This document shows positions 8,337-16,640 of a stretch of 32,000 nucleotides of DNA, piece by piece. The translations under genes and the position numbers were made by a program. The notes below the pieces were generated by a model. The model was not told the DNA's origin and did no database searches. It was given only the letters and a program-made list of their open reading frames with translations. Positions within the stretch are counted from its first letter, which is position 1; the number at the start of each line of letters is the position of its first letter. Origin of the DNA: an uncultured Acidobacteriota bacterium (GTDB taxonomy: Bacteria > Acidobacteriota > Vicinamibacteria > Vicinamibacterales > CAVVIG01); contig CAVRVT010000004.1 of NCBI GenBank assembly GCA_963724725.1, forward strand, positions 3,048,892 through 3,080,891. The letters run 5' to 3'.

Positions 8337-8615
8337 ATGCCGATACTGATTCGCTGGGAAGCCGACCGCTCGATGACGCTTCAGCTTGCCGGCACGCTCG
8401 ACACGACGTGCGTCGCGGATCTCGAGCGCGCGCTCGCGTCAGCGCGCCATGAACACAGACCCGTTGTGCTGGATTTCGGGAAGCTCAGGTTGATGGATCG
8501 GCCCACGCTTCAGTACGTCGTCGACCTCATCGAGCACGAAGTGCTGCCGGTCGTCAATTGTCCCGACTACGTCGAGGGGTGGATTCATCGGGAATCCGCG
8601 CCGGCCGATCGATGA
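8337..8615 (+). CDS. STAS-domain-like protein (anti-sigma-factor-antagonist type fold)
   Basis: MPILIRWEADRSMTLQLAGTLDTTCVADLERALASARHEHRPVVLDFGKLRLMDRPTLQYVVDL matches STAS pattern (LxGxLD...LDxxxLxxxD); stop overlaps next ATG (ATGA). Confidence 0.65.
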   Translation: MPILIRWEADRSMTLQLAGTLDTTCVADLERALASARHEHRPVVLDFGKLRLMDRPTLQYVVDLIEHEVLPVVNCPDYVEGWIHRESAPADR

Positions 8616-11600
8616 CGGCGCCGCTCTCCCGCCTCGTCGCGGGCTGCATCGCGGCGGCGGTGGTCGGCGTGGTTGCGCGCGCGCAGGATTCGCCTTCATC
8701 GGCTCGATGCCGCGTCGCCGGTCGTGTGACGAGCGGCGGCGTTCCGATTCCAGGCGCGACGCTCGTCGTGCGGGTCGCCGACGCCGTGCAGCTCGCGACG
8801 TCAACTGATGTCGAGGGCACGTACTCGATCCAGTTCGCGGCGCGCGCCGCCTACCGGCTGTCGGTTGATGCAACCGGCTTCGTGGGAACGATCCGCGATC
8901 TGACGCTCGCCGACGGGCCGTGCGATCAGACGATCGATTTCCAGATCGCGCTCGCGCCAAGACGCGCGCCTGCAGACATTCCGGCATCGCAGCCGGCCCC
9001 ACTCCCAGGCGCCAACCAGTCGCCGGCGCCGATGGCGCCGGTTGGGCGCATCGGCAACGGCCGGGCGAATGGCGGGCGCGGTCAGGCGGGCGCGCGCTTC
9101 CAGACGCTCAACGTTCAGGCGGACGCCAGCGCCCTCGCCAACGCCGACGCGGCGCAGAGTCAGGACAACGAGGATCTCGCGCGGCTGTTGCCCGCCGGTT
9201 TCTCCGCGCAAAACGCCCAGTCGGACGCGATTGCGATAACGGGCAGCGGCGATGCGACCAATCTGGATCGCGGATTGATGAACGGTCGGCTTCAGGCGAT
9301 CAACGCCGGACAGCTCGACCCGTTTGGGCCCGGCGGGTTCAATGGGCCGGGTGGGTTCAACGGGGCGGGTGGGTTGAATGGGCCGGGAGGGTTCAACGGA
9401 CCGGGCAGGCCCTGGTGGGTTCGGGAGGGGTGGGCCGGGCGGGCCCGGTGGATTCGTTCTCGGCGGCCGCGGCGCCCGCGCGCAGCCTGCGTATCGCGGA
9501 TCGGCGACCTACACGTTCGGCGGTTCGGTTCTCGACAGCGCGCCGTACCAGCTCCGTCCCGATGTCCCGGCGACCGAGCCGCCATTCGCGCAGAACAACT
9601 TCGGCGCGACGTTCGGCGGGCCGTTGAAGATTCCCGGCATCTACGCGAACACGAATCGCCGCACGAACTTTCAGATCAACTACAGCGGCACCGCCGCGAA
9701 CAACGTCTTCGATCAGTACGCCACCGTTCCGACCGACGCCATGCGTCAGGGCAACTTTTCGACGAGCACGATTGCGCTCGTCGACCCGGCCACCGGGCAG
9801 CCGTTTCCGGGCAATCAGATTCCGACCACCCGCGTCGACCCGAGCGCCGCGGCGCTCCTTCGTTTCATCCCTTCCCCGAACCTCCCGGGCGATCAGCACA
9901 ACTATCACGTGACGACGACGGCGCATTCGTCGTCGGAGGCGGTGAGTCTGCGGGTCGTGCAGAACCTGTCGCCGACCGTCGCGCAGGATGGACGCGGCGG
10001 TGGACGCGGTGGCGCCGGCGGGTTCGGTGGCGGCGGATTCGGCGGTCCGGGCGGCGGCCGATTTGGCGGTCAGGGATCTGGCCGCCAAGGGCGCGGCACC
10101 AACATCGTCCTCAGCGGACAGCTTCAGTACCGCCGCAACGAGACGGAGGCGCTCAACGTCTTCCCCGACCTCGGAGGCACATCGGTCAACACGAGCATCG
10201 CCGTGCCGATCAACCTGACCGTCGCGCGAGGCCGATCGATCCATCTCTTCAACGTCAACACCGTTCACTCGAGCAGCGAGACGACCAATGCGTTTGCCAA
10301 CACGGAAAACGTCGCCGGGCTGGCAGGCATTCAGTACCCGAGCTCTGCATCCACAGACCCAGCGAACTGGGGCGTCCCGAATCTGACATTTTCGGGGTTC
10401 ACCGGCGTCCGCGGCGCGTCGACCACCGAACGGAGCGACACCCGGCTGACGACCGGCTACACGTGGCTCCATCCGACCGAACGCCATCGGCTGCGAGTCG
10501 GCGGCGATTTCCGGTTCGATGCGTCAGAAAATCAGATCAATTCGAACGCACGCGGGAGTTTCACGTTCACCGGCCTCTACTCGTCCGGCGGCGGCACACG
10601 GCTCGGTACGACCGGCGCGGACTTCGCGGATTTTCTGCTTGGCCTGCCGCAGCAGGCCAGTCTGCAGGTCGGTGGCGTGACGCGACTTCGCCAGCGAGCG
10701 TTCGATGCTTACGTCGAAGACAACTGGCAGAAGAATGCGAAGCTGACCTTCAACCTCGGTCTCCGGTACGAGCTCGCGCAGCCGTACGTCGAAATCGACG
10801 GCCGGCTGGCAAACCTCGACGCGACGCCGGACCTGTCCGCCGTTGCCCCCGTCGCTGCCGGGCGGCACTGGTCCGTACACCGGAGCATTTCCGTCCGGGC
10901 TCATGGACACGGACGCGAACAATCTCGGCCCGCGTCTCGGGGTCGCGTATCGACTAACACCATCGACCATTCTCCGCGGCGGCTACAGCATCACGTACAA
11001 CAGCGGATCGTACGCGTCGATCGCCCGCGAGCTGGCGGGCCAGCCACCGTTCGCGGACACGGTCACGACGACCGGATTTCCGTCGCAGCCGCTGACGATG
11101 GCCGAGGCGCTGCTGGCCCCGACGCCCCCGACGACCAACAACTGGGGCGTGGACCGCGACTACGAGCTCGGGATGATCCAGACGTGGAACGCGACGCTCA
11201 CCCACAACTTCACGCAGAACTGGGTCGTGCTCGGCGGATACACCGGCATCAAGGGCACCGATCTCGACATTCTGCGCGCGCCCACCCTCGGACCGGGCGG
11301 CGTTCCGATCACGAGCGCCCAACCGTTCATCTGGGAATCGTCCGGCGGCCACTCGCTGATGAATGCCGGCAACGTGCAGTTGCAACGCCGGCTCGCCGGG
11401 GGAATCAGCGGTGCGCTGTCCTACACGCTTGCGCGCGCGATGGACAACGCGTCGTCGCTCGGCGCCGGCGGCGCCGTCGTCGCGCAGAACGACAAGGATC
11501 TGAACGCGGAGTATGCCCTCTCGAATTTCGATCGTCGGCATCAGCTTTCGGGAAACCTGTACGTCGAGCTGCCGTGGGGTCCGAACCGGCACTGGTTGAA

Positions 11601-12075
11601 AAACGGCGGCGTCCTCGCCGAGATCTTCGGTGAATGGGCCGCGCAGCTGACGCTGACGCTGCAGTCGGGCACGCCGCTCACGGCGCGCGTCCTGGGCGCG
11701 GCGAGCGATCTGCTTCGCGGCGTCAATGGTTCGCTGCGCACCGACTACAACGGTGCGCCGATCCAGCTGACCGATCCAACCGTCGACGAGTTCTTCAACG
11801 TCAACGCGTTCACGATCCCGCCGCCAGGTCAGTACGGCGATTCGTCCCGCAACATGATCGTCGGCCCCGGCGCGCGTCAGCTGAACGCGCTGTTCCAGAG
11901 CGACCTCCGTCTCACCCCCAACCGGACGCTGACGCTGCAGGTCAACGCGTTGAATCTCCTGGACACCGTCCAATGGGCGTCGGTTGACACGAACGTCAAT
12001 TCGGCGACGTTCGGATCGGTGCTGTCGGCGAAACCCATGCGGACAATCACGATCACTGCGCGGATGAGATTCTGA
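8612..12075 (+). CDS. TonB-dependent receptor-like outer membrane protein with N-terminal carboxypeptidase-regulatory/CnaB-like domain and Gly-rich insertions; split over three frames by two apparent frameshifts
   Basis: Frame 2: VAGRVTSGGVPIPGATLVVRVADAVQLATSTDVEGTYSIQF; frame 3 from ~9407: ATYTFGGSVLDSAPYQLRP...NNFGATFGGPLKIP; frame 1 from ~10855: GPYTGAFPSGLMDTDANNLGPRLGVAYRL...MRTITITARMRF (aromatic C-terminus typical of beta-barrels). Confidence 0.88.
9332..9403 (+). repeat. 4 x 18-bp tandem repeat (ggNgggttcaanggnncg) encoding GGFNGP
   Basis: Units at 9332, 9350, 9368, 9386, each 18 bp. Confidence 0.92.
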
Positions 12076-12076
12076 C

Positions 12077-14164
12077 GTGCGGCGCTCATTCGTCAGCGGC
12101 GCGCTTGCCGTCTGCCTCACCGTTCAGACGCTGTCCGGCCAGCAACCCGCGGCGCAGTCGCCGCCGGTGTTCAGGAGCAGTGTCAACCTCGTGCTGGTGG
12201 ACGTCGTCGTCCGCGACCGCTCCGGCGCGATCGTGCGCGGCCTCAAGCCCGATGATTTCGAGCTCCTCGAAGATGGCGCGCGCCAGCAGGTTCTCACCTT
12301 CGCGTACGAAGAGATCACGCCGACCGCGCCGCTCGTCGCCGGCGGCGCGACCCTGACGGCTGGTGCCGTGCGACCGGCGCAGCCCCTGCTCACACCCGCG
12401 ACCACGTCCGTGGCGGACGATGCGATCCCCTCGCATCCGCTGACGTCGGAGGAGGTCGCCGGCCATCGACTTCTGACGCTCGTGTTCGACACGAGTTCGA
12501 TGGAACCCGACGATGTCCAGAAGGCGGTGGACGGCGCGCTGAAGTGGGTCGACCAGCAGATGACCCCGGCGGACCTCGTTGCGGTCACGACCATCAACAC
12601 GAGCCTTCAGGTCCTCACGGACTTCACGAGCAGCAAGGATCGCGTGCGTGCCGTGCTGTCCGGCTTGTCGTCGACAGAGGGAACCGCGTTCGCCGCCGTC
12701 GATGCGAGCACGTCGGCGACCGACGCCGCTGCACAGACCGCGACCGACGACTCGACGGCGGTCGATCAAAGCGCGCAGGAGCTCGACACGTTCAACAACG
12801 ACGTGCGTCTCCGCGCCCTGCGAACGCTCGCCGAAGCCCTTCAGCCCATCCAGCAGAAGAAAGCCATCATCTACTTCAGTTCCGGCATGCAGCGGAGCGG
12901 CACGGACAACCAGGTGGAACTGCGTGCCGCCGTGAACGCCGCGCTGCGCGCCAACGTCAGCATCTACCCTGTTGACGCCCGCGGGCTTCAGGCGATCGTG
13001 CCAGGCGGCAGCGCGAGGCAGGCGAGCCGCGGAGGCCTCGGCGCCTTCACCGGATCGGCTGTCGCCAGTCAGTTCACGCAGCTCGCGGCGCAGCAGGAAA
13101 CGCTGACGTCTCTGGCCTCAGACACCGGCGGCACCGCGTTTACCGACACGAACGACTTCGGCGAAGCCTTCAAACGGGTCGAACGTGACATCTCGGCGTA
13201 CTACATCCTCGGCTTCTCGAGCACGAACACCGCGAAGGACGGGCGCTTCCGTCGTATCACGGTTCGCGTCAGGAACCGGTCCGGCGTCAAGGTCGATGCG
13301 AAGGACGGCTACTACGCCGATCGCGATTTCGCGCACACGGCGAAGAACGATCGCGAAGCGCAGCTCCTGGAGCAGCTGGCGACGCCAATTGCCGCGACCG
13401 ACGTCCCGATGTTCGTCACGGCGGGATGGTTCCGGCTGGCGACGGACAGGTACTATGTGCCGATCTCCGTGGCCGTGCCCGGCTCGGCCGTGCCGGTGTC
13501 GACGGAGAAAGCGACGCTCGATGTCGCCGGCGTCATTCGCGACGAAAGAGGCGCGCCGGTCGGCCGGATCCGCGACACCGTGACTCTGCCTCCGTCGAGC
13601 GCGGAGTCGCTGGCGGCGCGGCACGTGCTCTATCAGACGGGCGTCACGCTCCCGCCCGGGCGCTTCTCGGTCAAGATTGCCGTGCGCGAGAATAGTAGCG
13701 GTCAGATGGGCACGTTCGAGGCGGCGGTGGTGGTGCCTGAGCTCAAGCAGGCGTCGGTCAAAATGAGCTCGCTCGTCCTCGGGACGCAACTCCAGAGCGT
13801 TTCGGGAAAGAAGACGACGAACCCGCTCGTTCGCGACGGCATCCAGCTTGTCCCCAACATCACGCACATCGTCGGAGTCGGCCAGCACGTCTACTTCTAT
13901 TACGAGGTGTACGACCCGGCGCTCGACAATGGCGCGCCGCAGCTGCGTACGAGCCTCGCGTTCTATCGCGGCCGCACGAAGGTGTTCGAGACGCCGGTCG
14001 TGGAGCGGACACAGATTGACGTCGCCGATCGCCGCGCCGCGATCTTCCAGTTCGAGGTTCCGGGAAACAGTCTGAAGCCGGGACTCTATACCTGTCAGGT
14101 CACCGTCGTCGACGCCGTCGCGGGACGGTTCACCTTCCCGCGGCTTCAGATGTTCGTGCGATAG
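12077..14164 (+). CDS. VWFA-related Acidobacterial domain protein (TIGR03436-like), secreted
   Basis: VFRSSVNLVLVDVVVRDRSGAIVRGLKPDDFELLEDGARQQVLTF...LLTLVFDTSSM...AYYILGFSSTNTAKDGRFRRITVRVRN. Confidence 0.9.
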   Translation: MRRSFVSGALAVCLTVQTLSGQQPAAQSPPVFRSSVNLVLVDVVVRDRSGAIVRGLKPDDFELLEDGARQQVLTFAYEEITPTAPLVAGGATLTAGAVRPAQPLLTPATTSVADDAIPSHPLTSEEVAGHRLLTLVFDTSSMEPDDVQKAVDGALKWVDQQMTPADLVAVTTINTSLQVLTDFTSSKDRVRAVLSGLSSTEGTAFAAVDASTSATDAAAQTATDDSTAVDQSAQELDTFNNDVRLRALRTLAEALQPIQQKKAIIYFSSGMQRSGTDNQVELRAAVNAALRANVSIYPVDARGLQAIVPGGSARQASRGGLGAFTGSAVASQFTQLAAQQETLTSLASDTGGTAFTDTNDFGEAFKRVERDISAYYILGFSSTNTAKDGRFRRITVRVRNRSGVKVDAKDGYYADRDFAHTAKNDREAQLLEQLATPIAATDVPMFVTAGWFRLATDRYYVPISVAVPGSAVPVSTEKATLDVAGVIRDERGAPVGRIRDTVTLPPSSAESLAARHVLYQTGVTLPPGRFSVKIAVRENSSGQMGTFEAAVVVPELKQASVKMSSLVLGTQLQSVSGKKTTNPLVRDGIQLVPNITHIVGVGQHVYFYYEVYDPALDNGAPQLRTSLAFYRGRTKVFETPVVERTQIDVADRRAAIFQFEVPGNSLKPGLYTCQVTVVDAVAGRFTFPRLQMFVR

Positions 14165-15857
14165 AACCACGCCGGCCTTCGCAGAACCGCGTATCGGACG
14201 GCCTCAAGGCTTCGGCGAACGCGACTCGAAACGTCGCGTCCTCGAAGGGGACGCCGACGTAGCCGTCGTTCAACTCGACTACGCGCGACTCGCACGCCTT
14301 GAAGATGTCTTTGATGAACTCGTGGCGCTCGACGACTTGACCGCTAACCGTCCGGTAGGTCGTGAAGTACAGGATGTCGCGGTACGCGACCTGCGAGTTC
14401 CGGTTCGCGAGCGTCACCGTCCAGTGGACCGCCGTGCCGTAGCGCCGTGAAAACGTCGCGCGTTCGACGACGATGTCGCGCGGAGGATCGTGCGGCGTCT
14501 CGGGGCCCATGGCGTACGGCCCGGCATCGATGGCAAACGGACGCCGGTGCGCCAGGACATCGGGCCGCCTGGTCTGAATCGCGTCGACGACGATATCGCG
14601 GTGCTTGTAGAGCGACTTGTCGGGCGCCTGGGCGATCGCGAGTCCGGCATGGAAGGCGACGTTGATGACAAGGATCGCGGCCGCCGCGCGGCGCCACCTG
14701 GCCGAGTCGATGAAGGTCCAGCAATACGCCGCGAGGCACAGTGCGATCGGCGCCAGCACGTAGAAGGCGTGCGCCTGCGCCGGCTCCATGACGAACCAGT
14801 AGCTCGCGTAGACCATCACGACGGACGCCAGGAGAAGCCACCGCATCGCCCGCCAGTGCCCCGACGTTTTGGGGAACCGCCAGCGCGCTGACGATCGGCA
14901 CATTTCAACGAGCATCCAGAGGGGCTGCACAATGCCGACGAACCAGACGATCGCGGCCAGCGGAATCAGCCAGGGATGGCGCGTGAAGAACTCGAGCCGT
15001 TTGGCGCCGTCGGTCGCGATGAACCGGTTGATTTCCAGGCTCGCGAACGACAGCAGCCTCGCCATCGTGGTCACGGCAACAGAGGGATTGATGAAGCTGA
15101 CATGCAGATTTCGTCCGATGCCGCCGGATCCTGCCGTCATGCCGTAGGTCGCAAACGTTGGGAGCAGCAACAGGCCGGGAATCAGCGCGCCGGCGGCGTA
15201 GGCGGCTGCGTCACGCACGAGGCCGCCCGCGCCGGAGTTTCGACGGCTCCAGAACGCCCACGCGCTGTACGGCAGCAGCAGCGGCCATGACATGTGGAGC
15301 TGCATGACCCAGATGAGGCCGAAGCCCATCATCATGAACGCGATCGCCGGTTTGACGAGTCCCAGTGACAGCCCGGGCACTGCCTCGAAGAACCCGATGA
15401 AGAAGACCACGGCGCCGGCCAGTACGTAGGACGGATTGATGATGTGCGTGGAGAACTGCAGCGTCCAGGGCACCGTCATGAACCATCCCCAGACGAGCCA
15501 TTTGGGCAGCGACGGCAGTCGTCGGCCGATGTACCAGGCGAACGCCGCGAGCGCGGCAAAAGAGAGGAGATTCAGGAGGACGAACGGGGCTTCAGGCCAG
15601 GGTGCGACTCTGAGCGGGACACCGACGAGCAGACCCTGCAGCGCGCCGGGAATCTCGCTCTTCGTCCAGACGACGTCCGCGCCGAAATAGGGCCATTGCC
15701 CGGTAGCGAAGTACCGCAGTCCGATCAGGAAGATCTGGGTCTCGTCCTCGAAGAAGAACTCCGACGAAAGGCCGAACGCGAGCCTGAACGCAAACACCCC
15801 GGCCAGCGTGAGGGCCGTCAGGACGAACGCCTTGCGCGACGAAGATTCCCCCGTCAC
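14130..15857 (-). CDS. Multi-pass membrane protein, glycosyltransferase-39/ArnT-like architecture (function unassigned)
   Basis: 575 aa, acidic FFEDETQIFLIGLRYFATGQWPYFGADVVW loop after TM1 followed by many TM segments; soluble C-terminus. Convergent, 35-bp overlap with the VWFA gene. Confidence 0.7.
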   Translation of the reverse strand: MTGESSSRKAFVLTALTLAGVFAFRLAFGLSSEFFFEDETQIFLIGLRYFATGQWPYFGADVVWTKSEIPGALQGLLVGVPLRVAPWPEAPFVLLNLLSFAALAAFAWYIGRRLPSLPKWLVWGWFMTVPWTLQFSTHIINPSYVLAGAVVFFIGFFEAVPGLSLGLVKPAIAFMMMGFGLIWVMQLHMSWPLLLPYSAWAFWSRRNSGAGGLVRDAAAYAAGALIPGLLLLPTFATYGMTAGSGGIGRNLHVSFINPSVAVTTMARLLSFASLEINRFIATDGAKRLEFFTRHPWLIPLAAIVWFVGIVQPLWMLVEMCRSSARWRFPKTSGHWRAMRWLLLASVVMVYASYWFVMEPAQAHAFYVLAPIALCLAAYCWTFIDSARWRRAAAAILVINVAFHAGLAIAQAPDKSLYKHRDIVVDAIQTRRPDVLAHRRPFAIDAGPYAMGPETPHDPPRDIVVERATFSRRYGTAVHWTVTLANRNSQVAYRDILYFTTYRTVSGQVVERHEFIKDIFKACESRVVELNDGYVGVPFEDATFRVAFAEALRPSDTRFCEGRRGSIARTSEAAGR

Positions 15858-15888
15858 TCGTCCGGAGTTTCGTGGTGAACCGTCTTCT

Positions 15889-16602
15889 CTAGTCGCGCCG
15901 GCTGCCGGTGAACCGGAGCAGCATGAGGAACAGGTTGATGAAGTCGAGATACAGCGACAGCGCGCCGACGACCGACGCGGAACCGATCTGCCCCGAGGGC
16001 AGCGCGAGCGCCATCTGCTTCAGCCGCTGCGCGTCGTAGGCGGCGAGGCCGGTGAAGATGAAGACGCCGACGATCGAAATCATGAACTGCAGACCGTTGT
16101 TGTGCCAGAACATGCCGACGAAGGTCGCGAGGATCAGGCCGATGAGGCCCATGAAGAGAAACTGCCCGAAGCCGGACAGGCTGCGCTTCGTCGTCGTGCC
16201 GTACAAGGCCGTCGCGCCGAACATGCCCGCTGCCACGAGGAAGGTGCTCGCCACGGATTCACCGGTGTACAGAACGAGCACGAACGACAGCGTCACTCCG
16301 GTCAGCGCCGAATACGCAATGAACAGCATGGATGCGGTCGACGGCGCGAGCGTCTGGACGCGCGCCGACAGCACGAAGACGATCCCGAACTGGGCGATGA
16401 CGATGCCCCAGAAGAGCAGGCGGTTCGTCGCGATGGCGGAGATGAGTGACGGGGAGCCGGCGACGAACATCGCCGTCACCGCCGTGATTCCAAGACCGAT
16501 GCACATCCAGCCGTAGACGGAGCGCAGGAATGTCCGGACGCGCTCGTCGGCAAGCGACGGCAGGGCGACGTCGGCGCCTCGCGTCATGTCGTAATCAGCC
16601 AT
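15889..16602 (-). CDS. Bax inhibitor-1 / YccA-like family membrane protein
   Basis: RTFLRSVYGWMCIGLGITAVTAMFVA, ...IVGVFIFTGLAAYDAQRLKQMA, ALSLYLDFINLFLMLLRF signature; GGAGG before ATG 16602. Confidence 0.93.
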   Translation of the reverse strand: MADYDMTRGADVALPSLADERVRTFLRSVYGWMCIGLGITAVTAMFVAGSPSLISAIATNRLLFWGIVIAQFGIVFVLSARVQTLAPSTASMLFIAYSALTGVTLSFVLVLYTGESVASTFLVAAGMFGATALYGTTTKRSLSGFGQFLFMGLIGLILATFVGMFWHNNGLQFMISIVGVFIFTGLAAYDAQRLKQMALALPSGQIGSASVVGALSLYLDFINLFLMLLRFTGSRRD

Positions 16603-16640
16603 GCGGACCTCCAAGGAATTACGAGTGCACTCTTGAACCT

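Noticed and set aside
9332-9412. Programmed ribosomal frameshift in the receptor gene
   Set aside because: No recognisable slippery heptamer or downstream structure noted, and four other unrelated genes in the window show similar shifts; sequence error is more likely.
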